Positions 55,177 to 64,000 of a stretch of DNA of 64,000 nt are shown here, piece by piece (within the stretch, counting starts at the first letter, position 1; every line of letters begins with the position of its first letter). A program made the translations under genes and the position numbers. This DNA is from a virus. The DNA is taken from the IMG/VR virus record IMGVR_UViG_3300027519_000002. The stretch is one strand, 5' to 3'. The notes under the pieces are model-generated. The model was not told the DNA's origin. It was given only the letters and a program-made list of their open reading frames with translations, and did not search any database.

Positions 55177-55428
55177 GTCGAAGTCTATTTCTTCGTGCAT
55201 TTTGTTGTCATGCAGAATGAACTTCTCTTTAACGTAGACACCATCTTCAAGGTGATCAGGTACAAAGTTCCACTTAGCAGGTACAACCCACTCACCATCT
55301 AGAAACAAACTTAGTTGTCCAACTTTACGTTGTTCATCTGAATAGCGGTGATTACCTTCAACTAGTTTCGTAACGTGAACGTATTGGTGAGTTGATGACT
55401 CAATGTATGCAACAGTTTCAAAAGTCAT
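55174..55428 (-). CDS. Small early protein. Start at ATG 55428 (MTFETVAY).
   Basis: TTATGAGGATT box 7 nt upstream. Confidence 0.4.
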   Translation of the reverse strand: MTFETVAYIESSTHQYVHVTKLVEGNHRYSDEQRKVGQLSLFLDGEWVVPAKWNFVPDHLEDGVYVKEKFILHDNKMHEEIDFD

Positions 55429-55466
55429 AAGCAAATCCTCATAAGTTAATGACTAAGGCATGATAT

Positions 55467-55489
55467 CCATTAATATGCGTTAGCATATA
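55467..55489 (-). promoter_or_regulatory. Early-promoter-like motif, copy 6 (CCATTAAT-ATGC-GTTA-GCAT, extendable to a 7-bp stem TATATGC/GCATATA).
   Basis: Compensatory base changes relative to the other copies preserve the stem. Confidence 0.4.
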
Positions 55490-55741
55490 GGTATGTATCG
55501 GTTAGAGATGAATAGATGGTAAGGTATAGGTTCTAGGGTAAATAGCTTTTACAGACACTCAGACACACTCTCTGCTCATGTATAAGGTGAAGTCATACAA
55601 TGACACTCATTCATCTAATGTACTCTCAGGATGTGATACAGAGCGTATTAGTAGAACTATCTAATGATGTTGATAAGAAGGTTAATAAGAACTGTCTTTG
55701 CTTGTGTTGTGTAGTGTGCTCTTAGAAAAAGGAGAGACAGC

Positions 55742-55951
55742 TTACGCTGCCTTTTCCTCGATAGATGCTACTTTACTAGCCTTTGCTTTAGCTAGTTTCT
55801 CTTGTAGCTTAAGTTGTTCAGTTTGTTCCCAGTTCTCTACGTTGATGCGCATAACTGATGTTGCCTTGTTGCATGAGATAGCTACGTCCTCTGCAGACTT
55901 GAAGAACAATGAGATTACGTTGAAGAATTGTGAGATTACGTTAAGCATGGC
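55742..55951 (-). CDS. Possible first early gene (69 aa, MLNVISQFF...AKAKASKVASIEEKAA).
   Basis: Internal ATG of the 55742..56119 ORF, preceded by an ACTATAGAGGGTAT box and motif copy 7. Confidence 0.3.
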   Translation of the reverse strand, partial: AMLNVISQFFNVISLFFKSAEDVAISCNKATSVMRINVENWEQTEQLKLQEKLAKAKASKVASIEEKAA

Positions 55952-55979
55952 GATACCCTCTATAGTTGTGGCCTGATTG

Positions 55980-55999
55980 CCATTAATCCGCGATAGCGG
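55980..55999 (-). promoter_or_regulatory. Early-promoter-like motif, copy 7 (CCATTAAT-CCGC-GATA-GCGG).
   Basis: Most upstream copy, next to the G10 tract. Confidence 0.35.
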
Positions 56000-56228
56000 T
56001 AGTGTGCTTTGGTAGGGGGGGGGGTAGGTTTCGTTTTTAAACGAAAATACGGTAGTAATACACTCGTACCTAATTATTAAAAATCTACAAAAGTTTCGGT
56101 ATATTATTTGACCAATCACTCGAGACTTTGCTGATCATCCATTCAGTGTTAAAGTAGTCATTCCTTCGGGCCTGTCATCAGTACAGCCCAGTTACACCTC
56201 ACAATTCCTTCCTTGAAGTACCTCTCCA

Positions 56229-56924
56229 ATGTCAGAACTTACAGTAGATGAAATAAAATCTGCGTTACCTGCGCAGTTTAAGAAGAGTATTAATCAGGAA
56301 CTGATTGACGGTATCAATGCCACTATTTCAGATCCTGAGATGTACGAGAATTACCGTGAGAACTTAATGAGTTACACTCATGTTCTTAAGAACGGTAAGT
56401 TTAAGATAAGTAGTTATTTAGATGCGGTTCGCTATGTCAGTTATAAGCTGATGGGTTGCACTAATATCAAAGCTTACTCCCTCACATTCCCCGATAAGAT
56501 AGAAAGGTTTAATCAGCAAGGTATTCACCCTAAAGACATTGCCAGTTATGTGACTGCATACAACAAGTCCAAACTGGTTAATCTCATTCTCGAACAAACC
56601 TTAATTCCTTCCTACGTACTAAACCAAGACCTTTATCAACAAGCTCTTAATGTTCAAGCAGAGTTAATGATGACTGCTCAGAGTGAGAAGGTTCGTAGTG
56701 ATGCTGCGAATAGTATTCTTACTCAGCTTAAGATGCCTGAGAAGCAACAAGTTGAACTGGATATTACCGTTAAAGAAGACAGTGTTATCAGTCAGCTTAA
56801 GCGCACATCTGCAGAACTTGCTGCACAACAACGTACCTTCATTGAATCTGGTGCAGGCCATGCACAACAAGTAGCGCACAGTAAGATTATTGAAGCCTCT
56901 TTTGAAGAGGTGGACGATGCATAA
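56229..56924 (+). CDS. First gene of the late operon, putative terminase small subunit (N4 gp69 position).
   Basis: 231-aa ORF immediately upstream of, and overlapping, the large terminase. Assignment is positional. Confidence 0.3.
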   Translation: MSELTVDEIKSALPAQFKKSINQELIDGINATISDPEMYENYRENLMSYTHVLKNGKFKISSYLDAVRYVSYKLMGCTNIKAYSLTFPDKIERFNQQGIHPKDIASYVTAYNKSKLVNLILEQTLIPSYVLNQDLYQQALNVQAELMMTAQSEKVRSDAANSILTQLKMPEKQQVELDITVKEDSVISQLKRTSAELAAQQRTFIESGAGHAQQVAHSKIIEASFEEVDDA

Positions 56925-58533
56925 CCCTGTAGCTGAAGCCCTTCAGTCGATAATGACTGTAGAGGACTACTTAAACGCTGTTGATTACTCAGCCCCTGCG
57001 GGCTACGTGCCTTCGGCCTTCGCCCTAGAGTTCGTTAACTTCATCAAGATGGTGAACGGTGCTGACGGGGAAGAGAACTTAACCCCATTGGTTCACTATT
57101 ACATGCTAGACACTATCTCTCATGGTGGTACGCGAATAGTTAACCTGTGTCACCGTGGTATTGCGAAGACTACAGTAATGGGTGAATACCTGTTCTTGTA
57201 TATCGCTACTTATGGTGAGTTGCCCGGGTTCGGTTATGTTGACCTGGCGTTGTATGTTTCAGATAGCATCGATAACGGTGTTAAGAACATGCGTAAGAAC
57301 CTTGAGTTCCGTTGGGAAAACTCTGACTTCCTTCGTGAAGTCGTACCTACGGTACGCTTCACAGATATTCGTTGGGAGTTCGTGAACGCTGATGGTAAGA
57401 AGTTCATCATCAAGGGTTACGGTGCTAAGACGGGTGTTCGTGGTGCTAAAGAGATGGGTAAGCGACCACAGCTTGCAGTACTCGATGACTTATTCTCGGA
57501 TGAAGATGCGAAGTCACCTACGATCATAGAGAACGTAGAGGCCACCATATACAAGGCCGTTACCTACGCACTTGCGCCAGCGCAGAATATGATTATCTGG
57601 TCTGGTACACCGTTCAACGCGAAAGACCCCCTATACAAAGCCGTTGAGTCAGGTGCATGGGAAGTTAACGTATTCCCTGTATGTGAGAAGTTCCCTTGTA
57701 CACGTGAAGAGTTTCGTGGCTCATGGCCTGACCGCTTTACCTATGACTACGTTAAAGAACAGTACGACATAGCGCTTAAGATAGGTAAGGTCGATACATT
57801 CAACCAAGAACTTATGCTTCGTATCATGTCAGATGAAGACCGTCTGGTACGTGATTCAGACATACGATGGTACAAGTTGCAGTCTGTTCTTACGAACAGA
57901 GAAAAGTTTAACTTCTACATTACGACTGACTTTGCAACGTCAGAGCGTACCAGTGCCGATTACTCAGTAATTAGCGTATGGGCGTTGAATAGTAATGGTG
58001 ACTGGTTCTGGGTAGATGGTGTTGTTGAGCGGCAGCTCATGGACGCAAACATTAACGACTTGTTTAGATTGGCTCAGATATACCGACCACAAGAAGTGGG
58101 TATTGAGGTCAGTGGACAGCAGGGCGGATTTGTTCAGTGGGTGCAGGAACAGATGCTTATTCGTAGTATCTATTTCCAGTTGGCTTCAGAGAACAACAAC
58201 GGCAATCCAGGCATTAGACCTAACACACAAAAGATGGTGCGCTTTAACACTATCTTACCGATGTTCAAGATGGGGAAGATGTACTTTCCTATTGAACGCA
58301 AGAAGAGCAAAGAGATGCTTGAAGCCATGGACGAACTATCGCTTGCCTCCAAGGGCGGCTTTAAGTCGAAGCACGATGACTTCATAGATACCATTTCAAT
58401 GCTTTCCCTCCTTAACACGTGGCGACCTTCAGAAGACGCACCTATGCGCGGCAGTAATGATGAGACTGATATCTGGGATCTCAATTCTGACGAAGAAGAA
58501 GACGACTACGGCCTTTCCTCCTACCTAGTTTAA
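56917..58533 (+). CDS. terL: Terminase large subunit.
   Basis: Walker A-like CHRGIAKTT, Walker B LAVLDDLFSDED, RNaseH-like nuclease residues (ITTDFATS, HDDFIDT). Start at MHNPVAEA overlaps the upstream stop. Confidence 0.7.
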   Translation: MHNPVAEALQSIMTVEDYLNAVDYSAPAGYVPSAFALEFVNFIKMVNGADGEENLTPLVHYYMLDTISHGGTRIVNLCHRGIAKTTVMGEYLFLYIATYGELPGFGYVDLALYVSDSIDNGVKNMRKNLEFRWENSDFLREVVPTVRFTDIRWEFVNADGKKFIIKGYGAKTGVRGAKEMGKRPQLAVLDDLFSDEDAKSPTIIENVEATIYKAVTYALAPAQNMIIWSGTPFNAKDPLYKAVESGAWEVNVFPVCEKFPCTREEFRGSWPDRFTYDYVKEQYDIALKIGKVDTFNQELMLRIMSDEDRLVRDSDIRWYKLQSVLTNREKFNFYITTDFATSERTSADYSVISVWALNSNGDWFWVDGVVERQLMDANINDLFRLAQIYRPQEVGIEVSGQQGGFVQWVQEQMLIRSIYFQLASENNNGNPGIRPNTQKMVRFNTILPMFKMGKMYFPIERKKSKEMLEAMDELSLASKGGFKSKHDDFIDTISMLSLLNTWRPSEDAPMRGSNDETDIWDLNSDEEEDDYGLSSYLV

Positions 58534-58545
58534 AACAGGAATACA

Positions 58546-59214
58546 ATGTTACTTTCTGAGTTTTTCGATCACCTATCTTACGGTGAACTATCCCAGTACG
58601 GGGTAGGGACTGATGATGCAGGCAAAATAGCCAACAAGGACTATCCTCGCATCATTTCTTTTATCAACACGGGGCTTACCCGTATTCACACTAAACTCCC
58701 TCTTAGAATTGATTCTGTGCGCTTAAGTACGACAAGCGGCAAGATGCGCTACGAGCTGAGAAGTACGGCTGATTGGGTCGAGGGTATTGATGGCCCGTTC
58801 CAAGACAACATACTTGTTATCAGTGAGGTTATTGGTTCAGATGGTGAGTCACTCGTACTCAATGACGATATGGACGATGCGACGATTACCGTAGCTGACC
58901 GTGCCGTTACTTTTGAGCAGCCGGCAGATGATACCTTCACTGTCACTTACCAAGGCAATCACCCTAAGTTACCTGTATCAAGGCGCATTGACCCAGATGC
59001 TATTGAGATCGACGTACCTGACTTTGTTATCGAGCCGCTATTAACTTTCGTGGCTTCAAAGGTAATTGGTAGCGGAGGCAGTGCAGAGTCTATTCAAGAA
59101 GGTCAAATGAAACTTCAGGAATTTGTACTGCAAATCCAAGAACTGATAGATAGCGGCATGGTTAGAACGCCCACGCCTACTACACAGCGAACTAAACCGT
59201 ATGGGTGGGTATAA
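58546..59214 (+). CDS. Hypothetical virion protein (N4 gp67 position).
   Basis: 222-aa ORF. Confidence 0.4.
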   Translation: MLLSEFFDHLSYGELSQYGVGTDDAGKIANKDYPRIISFINTGLTRIHTKLPLRIDSVRLSTTSGKMRYELRSTADWVEGIDGPFQDNILVISEVIGSDGESLVLNDDMDDATITVADRAVTFEQPADDTFTVTYQGNHPKLPVSRRIDPDAIEIDVPDFVIEPLLTFVASKVIGSGGSAESIQEGQMKLQEFVLQIQELIDSGMVRTPTPTTQRTKPYGWV

Positions 59215-59217
59215 TTT

Positions 59218-60555
59218 ATGAATCAATACCTAGCTTTCTCCGGTAACGGTCAAGCAATCATCCCAGATATACATATTTCTGGTCCATTTACGGCGACTTG
59301 GCGAGGGTTTGCCACTGATACCACAAACATCAACCCTCTTTTCGCGCTAAAGGACACCAGTAGCAATGAGCACGTTGGTGTGGGTTTTGATGAGGGTCGT
59401 CTTAAAATCTTTTCTGACGGTAGAACCCCCAATGCTGATGCCAGAGTGCACCCTATGAGTGTCTACTTTGAGGTTGCTATGGTGTGGGATGGTACAGAGT
59501 TGACGTTATTCTTAGATAATGAGTTTCGTTACTCCGTAATACCTTCTAACCCTGGTTTTATATCTACACTAGATACTCTCTACTTGTGTGGTTTCGTGAA
59601 TAACCCTGAAAGTAATGCTGACCATTACTTTGACGGAGGCTTCCACTCCTTCTCCATTGAGGGGTTAGTGGATATTGACGCAAATGACTTCGGTAATAGG
59701 GGTCAATACATAGGCAACAAAGTCACAGGCAGAATGCACAGACTAGAGGGCACGTGGCCTACTGATAATAGTCACTGGGTTCAATACACAGAAAGTAAGT
59801 TCAGACTGCCTGCTCCCGTAAACCCTATTGGTTCCACAGTATTACAAAACCCTGTCCAACCGTGTACGGGGGCAGATACTTCCTTCACTGAGCGTAGGGT
59901 TATTACGCACTTCTCTTCTTACGCTAAGTCGCACTTAAGACTTAGAAACTCTTTGGCTATGACCAAGAACTTTGAAGTAGAGGCTTACATTAGTACTGGT
60001 ATATCTAGCCGCGCTTCAATCTTCGCTTGTCAACGCGATAGAACAAAAGGGGTGTTCGCTGATGTAACTGAATCTACTGTACGTTTCTTCATTTATCGTG
60101 ATGGAAGTGACACAGCGCGATTGGTTGAAACTGGCAACCTCAACTTTAATGATGGTCGCGTCCATAGAGTTAACTTCCGCCTAGTAGACGGGATTAGAGG
60201 TTATATTTTCGTAGACGGTGAACTTCAAGGGGCAACGTCAAGTTGGGACATTGTTGGTACAGAAGAGATTGACTTCTTTGGTCGCAGAGATGATGGCTCG
60301 TCATACAGTATTAGCGGTGTACTTTACGGGCTAAAAATTTGGCATGGAAACCAGTTCAACGGGAGTCTAGTCTTGGATGCGCCACTTAACAATGTAATTC
60401 AAGAAGGCGCTGAAATAGATAACCATGCAGATAAAACTAACCCTCTTACAGCCTACAACTTTGTTGACGAGTACTCTCAGCAACACACTCGATTACCTTC
60501 TGGGGACTGGCTCAAACGCGACGGAACTGTATTGGAGTACGCTTATGACCGATAG
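59218..60555 (+). CDS. Hypothetical virion protein, possibly a tail or receptor-binding component.
   Basis: 445-aa ORF with a beta-rich composition. Confidence 0.4.
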   Translation: MNQYLAFSGNGQAIIPDIHISGPFTATWRGFATDTTNINPLFALKDTSSNEHVGVGFDEGRLKIFSDGRTPNADARVHPMSVYFEVAMVWDGTELTLFLDNEFRYSVIPSNPGFISTLDTLYLCGFVNNPESNADHYFDGGFHSFSIEGLVDIDANDFGNRGQYIGNKVTGRMHRLEGTWPTDNSHWVQYTESKFRLPAPVNPIGSTVLQNPVQPCTGADTSFTERRVITHFSSYAKSHLRLRNSLAMTKNFEVEAYISTGISSRASIFACQRDRTKGVFADVTESTVRFFIYRDGSDTARLVETGNLNFNDGRVHRVNFRLVDGIRGYIFVDGELQGATSSWDIVGTEEIDFFGRRDDGSSYSISGVLYGLKIWHGNQFNGSLVLDAPLNNVIQEGAEIDNHADKTNPLTAYNFVDEYSQQHTRLPSGDWLKRDGTVLEYAYDR

Positions 60556-60844
60556 ACGTTACCTATTGCACCTTACAACCTCAAAGTCTGAAAGGTACGC
60601 ACAACTTAAGCAGCATTTCTCAGCGTGTGCTGAATACGGGCAATTTAGTGTATTTCCTCTTTTGCCTGGATTAACCGTAGTTAAGTCGGTTGACTTATCC
60701 AATACCGAAACACAAGAAGAAAATCTTTTAGCGACAATACAGTCGCTTATGGATGAACACGGTGATGATCTCGAAGTAATTATTTCGGACTATCATGGGC
60801 AACAATTACAAGCAATTTTCACAATAGAAAGCGATCAACCATAG
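60545..60844 (+). CDS. Small hypothetical protein (start at MTDRRYLL).
   Basis: The internal ATG of ORF 60425..60844 overlaps the upstream stop. Confidence 0.35.
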   Translation: MTDRRYLLHLTTSKSERYAQLKQHFSACAEYGQFSVFPLLPGLTVVKSVDLSNTETQEENLLATIQSLMDEHGDDLEVIISDYHGQQLQAIFTIESDQP

Positions 60845-60852
60845 GAATAACA

Positions 60853-61077
60853 ATGCGCTTAGTAAACAACAAAGAATACTCAACATTTGAATTGGAAAAA
60901 CTATTTCAATGCAATTTAAGCGGAGGTACTGCTTCACTTTTGGTTCGTACCGCTGGAGCACCAAATTACGTAAAAATTAAAGAATTTGATACTGATGAGT
61001 TAGTTAAAGTTTCACTCCCGAATGGGCAGTATAAAGTTGAATTAACGGGGTCGGCGACAGTCGCAGTCTCTCAATAA
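60853..61077 (+). CDS. Small hypothetical protein.
   Basis: 74-aa ORF followed by a strong terminator. Confidence 0.4.
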   Translation: MRLVNNKEYSTFELEKLFQCNLSGGTASLLVRTAGAPNYVKIKEFDTDELVKVSLPNGQYKVELTGSATVAVSQ

Positions 61078-61096
61078 TCGGATCAAGTAAAATTAA

Positions 61097-61126
61097 AAAA
61101 GGGGCTTCGGCCCCTTTAATTTTATT
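61097..61126 (+). terminator. AAAGGGGC(ttcg)GCCCCTTT plus AATTTTATT.
   Basis: 8-bp stem with a GNRA-like loop and a T-run. Confidence 0.6.
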
Positions 61127-61195
61127 AGACTTATTTTAGTGACGAAATTCAGTTAAATTCCCTGTATATTCAACCCTAAAGTTACACTCCCTCCT

Positions 61196-61507
61196 ATGAT
61201 AAGTCCTTCCAAAATGTTCGAACAAATTAAAGAAATTCCACCAACAATATTAAGCGTTCTACTTGCAGTAGTTATCGCGCTATTGCGTGTTATTTATGAC
61301 AAGGAAGAAACGTCAGCTATTCGTATGGGCTTAGAGTCAGTACTGTGTGGTGCGCTTGCGGTAGTGGGTGCTAGTGGTGTAGAGGCAATGGGGCTAGATC
61401 AGAATTGGACTGTATTCATCGGCGGAGTCATAGGCTTCGTTGGTTCACAAAGCATACGCTCCTATGCCGATGTATTTCTAAAAGCTAGGGCTAGTGGGAA
61501 GCGGTAG
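61196..61507 (+). CDS. Putative holin (small multi-TM protein).
   Basis: 103 aa with two or three hydrophobic segments (ILSVLLAVVIALL, VLCGALAVVGASG, VFIGGVIGFVG) and a charged C-terminus. Confidence 0.4.
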   Translation: MISPSKMFEQIKEIPPTILSVLLAVVIALLRVIYDKEETSAIRMGLESVLCGALAVVGASGVEAMGLDQNWTVFIGGVIGFVGSQSIRSYADVFLKARASGKR

Positions 61508-61709
61508 GCTGAAGGTTTACCCAACCCTGAACAGCTTCTTCTCCAACAACGCCTTGCTCTAGAAGTTCATTAATGCTTTTGCAGGTAGAGTCGATTACCC
61601 ACTCTTCATTTAAGTTACAAGCTAATTTACGGACTCCCTTCACCGTAATCATCGCGTAACGACGAGGAAAGTTCTGTGTCTTGAGCTTAACTAAATTGCT
61701 CAGATCCAT
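61491..61709 (-). CDS. Small hypothetical protein.
   Basis: 72-aa ORF. Confidence 0.35.
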   Translation of the reverse strand: MDLSNLVKLKTQNFPRRYAMITVKGVRKLACNLNEEWVIDSTCKSINELLEQGVVGEEAVQGWVNLQPTASH

Positions 61710-61774
61710 TTACGCACCTTTATTAACTGTATAAATCATTTTGATCACTATATATTTAATTAAACGTTAAATAA

Positions 61775-61806
61775 ATAAAAAACCCACAATTAAGTGGGTT
61801 TTTTTA
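61775..61806. terminator. AACCCAC(aattaa)GTGGGTT flanked by an A-run and a T-run. Bidirectional terminator.
   Basis: 7-bp stem with poly-A upstream and poly-T downstream. Confidence 0.6.
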
Positions 61807-61841
61807 ATACTTAAACTATTAAGTCGTTTTTAAATGATCTA

Positions 61842-62345
61842 TTAGGTTATCCTCGACCTAACAGTTTGTTCCTCCCCATTCTTCTTAGCAGTTCCTACCC
61901 AATATGCGACAGCACCACCCCATAAAGTCATAAGTTGTGTAGCAAAAACAATGACTAATGGACGATTTTCTTCTGAGATGTCGAAGAACATGAGTGAGTA
62001 GCCGTATATACCAGCCATAAGCGTGAGGGCGATAACAATGAAGGCGGGCATATCACTGCCGGTGTTTTTGTTTCGTGCATCAGATCTATCTTCTGTTTCT
62101 AATCGTTGGGCTTCTAAAGCCAATTTGGTAAGTTCTACTTCGTGCTCTTTTTCAAGAGCCTCAATTTTTAGGTGTACTTCGCTGTGCGGGTCAGATAACG
62201 CTTGCGCCATTTCCGTAGGGTCAGTCGATGTACCTAACACTTTCGCTATGATGGCTTGTGCTGCAAATCCTTTAGGGCCACCGACTAGCGAAGCTAGTAA
62301 GGGGGCATACTTACCGATCGCGTCTTTAACGTTGTCCCAACTCAT
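61842..62345 (-). CDS. Membrane protein of the lysis cassette: soluble coiled-coil N-terminus plus two C-terminal TM helices. Holin or spanin-like candidate.
   Basis: 167 aa. C-terminus MPAFIVIALTLMAGIYGYSLMFF...LVIVFATQLMTLWGGAVAYWV. ATGA-coupled to the endolysin. Confidence 0.35.
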   Translation of the reverse strand: MSWDNVKDAIGKYAPLLASLVGGPKGFAAQAIIAKVLGTSTDPTEMAQALSDPHSEVHLKIEALEKEHEVELTKLALEAQRLETEDRSDARNKNTGSDMPAFIVIALTLMAGIYGYSLMFFDISEENRPLVIVFATQLMTLWGGAVAYWVGTAKKNGEEQTVRSRIT

Positions 62346-62704
62346 TACAGTTCCTCGCGGTATGACTCTTCACGGCAGTCGATGTGCACCCATGATGAGT
62401 ACTCAATGAAGCCATATTCGTAAGGGAAGTTCTCGACAAGTGCCTGGAATACTTCTTTGGCCGTTACGTCACGTACCTTGATGTCAGCAGCTTTGCCGTA
62501 TAGGTGGAATGAGTTCTTAGCACCACCTTCTGCTTTGTTGTGCGCTTCGCAACGACAACCTGAAGAGATAGTTACTGGCTCACCGAAGTAATCACGAACC
62601 CAGTTAAGAATGTGGAGAAGTTGTGCGTCTACAGTGTCATGGCCACAGCCGCATTGACACTCAAATTCTTCGCGAGTGAAAAACTCTGATAGTTGCTGAC
62701 TCAT
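62345..62704 (-). CDS. Endolysin, peptidase M15 family (L-alanyl-D-glutamate peptidase type).
   Basis: SSGCRCEAHN...GGAKNSFHLYGKAADI...WVHID matches the SGYR...H...G.A.D...H.D zinc-binding signature. Confidence 0.7.
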   Translation of the reverse strand: MSQQLSEFFTREEFECQCGCGHDTVDAQLLHILNWVRDYFGEPVTISSGCRCEAHNKAEGGAKNSFHLYGKAADIKVRDVTAKEVFQALVENFPYEYGFIEYSSWVHIDCREESYREEL

Positions 62705-62940
62705 TTGGTGATATTCCCCTTCATAACTTCAGAGAATAATTCGGTGTAGCCACCGACATGACGCTCTTCGTCATACACTTGAGGAACAGTTTGGAAACCT
62801 TGATCTCTTACAAAATCTAGTTTGTCTTTTTGTTGAGGGGATTTGATGTCATAATAATTGAAAGGTATGCCTTTAGTCGTTAGCAACTCTTGCGCTAACT
62901 CACAGTAATGGCAACCCTTATATCCGTAGATATGAAGCAT
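62701..62940 (-). CDS. Glutaredoxin (NrdH-like).
   Basis: Active site GCHYC, TVPQV motif, GG motif. Start at MLHIYGY. Confidence 0.65.
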   Translation of the reverse strand: MLHIYGYKGCHYCELAQELLTTKGIPFNYYDIKSPQQKDKLDFVRDQGFQTVPQVYDEERHVGGYTELFSEVMKGNITK

Positions 62941-63089
62941 AGAAGAACCTATGTGGAAAGGGTGTGGGGGAAGTACCATGTGCAATACATGGTGAAGTGA
63001 ATCGGAATTGCTCCGACACGCGCAACTTACCTACAACCCTCCCAAAAGTAAATACCCATCCCTCCTAATAATCTCGCAACGAGGTATCA

Positions 63090-63443
63090 ATGAAGCCCCT
63101 TAGAACGCTTTATACCAATAGCCATTACCCATTAACCTTGGTCTACAAAGACAGTGACGGTAATCCAAAAGATATTACAGGCTACAGTGCCAAACTCGTT
63201 TTGCGTCAGTCGTTGTCATCAAAGGTAGCAGCAACTGTAAGTGCTGATATCGATGGCCCTAACGGGAAGATCTCTTTCAAAATCAAACCTAGCGATACCG
63301 ATGGTATCTTGGGTGAAGAGTTTGAATCTAAGTTCCTACTAGGTGTCACCTTGACTGACCCAGATTCTGAAACCTTAACCCTCTTACAGACCAACGTACT
63401 GATCAAAGAGAACATCGTTCCTTCGGAGGTGCCGAGTGCATAA
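63090..63443 (+). CDS. Hypothetical beta-rich virion-associated protein.
   Basis: 117-aa ORF. Confidence 0.4.
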   Translation: MKPLRTLYTNSHYPLTLVYKDSDGNPKDITGYSAKLVLRQSLSSKVAATVSADIDGPNGKISFKIKPSDTDGILGEEFESKFLLGVTLTDPDSETLTLLQTNVLIKENIVPSEVPSA

Positions 63444-64000
63444 CGAAGAAGTTGATGTATCAACTGACCAACCATTAATACTGACGGACGAAGAGCAAAA
63501 CCTAATTGTTACTTCTGGTTTAGGCGTTAGTGTTACCGAGCCAGAGCAAGTAATTGAGATCACTCAATCAGGTATGCTCTCTTTCTATGAGACTGGTGCA
63601 TCAGGTGACGGTTATATGTCTAACCAAGGCCCGAACACTACTAAGTTCGGTGGCTTTGCTGCTGACCGTAACTTTGTACGTGTTCACTTATCTTGGATTG
63701 AGACCAACGTACCCAACTATCACCGCATGACCCGCGTTTACCGCGCTAAGTCTAACGACTTCTTGTTAGCCGAGTGCATTGGTGACAGTGAAACGCAAGC
63801 ATTTACTGATACAGTTGAACCAGGCGTTGACTACTTCTACTGGTTAGTTGGTGAAACTTATGCAGGTAAACAGACTGAACACTCTTTAGGGTTATCTGTT
63901 GCAGCTACCGAAGACTCTAACTTCCTGTTAGACCTTCTTGGTTTGAAGCCGTTGATTGATGATCTTGCAACATTAGAAGACAAACTCAATTCATCTTACA
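63437..64000 (+). CDS. 5' part of a large late gene running off the window end (tail appendage or fiber candidate).
   Basis: Open frame from about 63437 (GTG) to the window end, overlapping the upstream stop. Confidence 0.4.

Noticed and set aside
55698-56119. The overlapping ORFs 55698-55976(+) and the full-length 55742-56119(-).
   Set aside because: The plus-strand ORF is antisense to the more plausible minus-strand gene and runs through promoter-motif copy 7. Only the C-terminal 69 aa of the minus ORF (from ATG 55951) follows the conserved RBS box. The remainder is probably noncoding leader or terminal region.
1-64000. Searched for CRISPR arrays, rRNA genes, transposase or IS elements, and toxin-antitoxin pairs.
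   Set aside because: No regularly spaced repeat-spacer structure, no rRNA-like conserved segments, and no transposase-like ORFs were seen. The only mobile-element signature is the integrase, xis and attP module.

Overview
The window reads as a nearly complete, circularly permuted genome of an N4-like podovirus (Schitoviridae type). All calls below are made by eye from the sequence and the six-frame ORF track; no database search or computation was run.

Layout:
- Plus-strand late block. Terminase starts at 56.2 kb, followed by virion genes, a lysis cassette with a peptidase M15-type endolysin and a glutaredoxin, and a partial appendage gene at the window end. The block wraps to position 1: a probable portal fragment, a scaffold-like acidic protein, the major capsid protein, several structural or ejection proteins, and a 3551-aa virion RNA polymerase with T7-like motifs A, B and C (8914..19569).
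- Minus-strand block 19.6-55.9 kb. It carries replication, recombination and nucleotide-metabolism genes plus AAA+ ATPase and von Willebrand (vWA) partners, an SPFH-family protein, a ClpX-like unfoldase, a cluster of tRNA-like genes, the two-subunit phage RNAP II, and a run of small early genes.

Most notable observations:
1. A complete lysogeny-type module sits inside this otherwise N4-like genome at 26.0-28.9 kb: a tyrosine integrase, an excisionase-like gene, and an attP-like tRNA 3' end (T-loop onward, through CCA) in a 700-bp noncoding region. N4-like phages are generally regarded as strictly lytic.
2. A 20-nt motif recurs seven times upstream of early genes. It contains a hairpin whose stem bases co-vary between copies, often followed by a conserved ACTATGAGGATT ribosome-binding box.
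3. Four near-perfect hairpins have 6-bp stems and GGA or GGAG loops. They resemble the N4 vRNAP promoter hairpin as I recall it.
4. Several overlapping small genes fall below the ORF-track cutoff, including a zinc-ribbon ORF.
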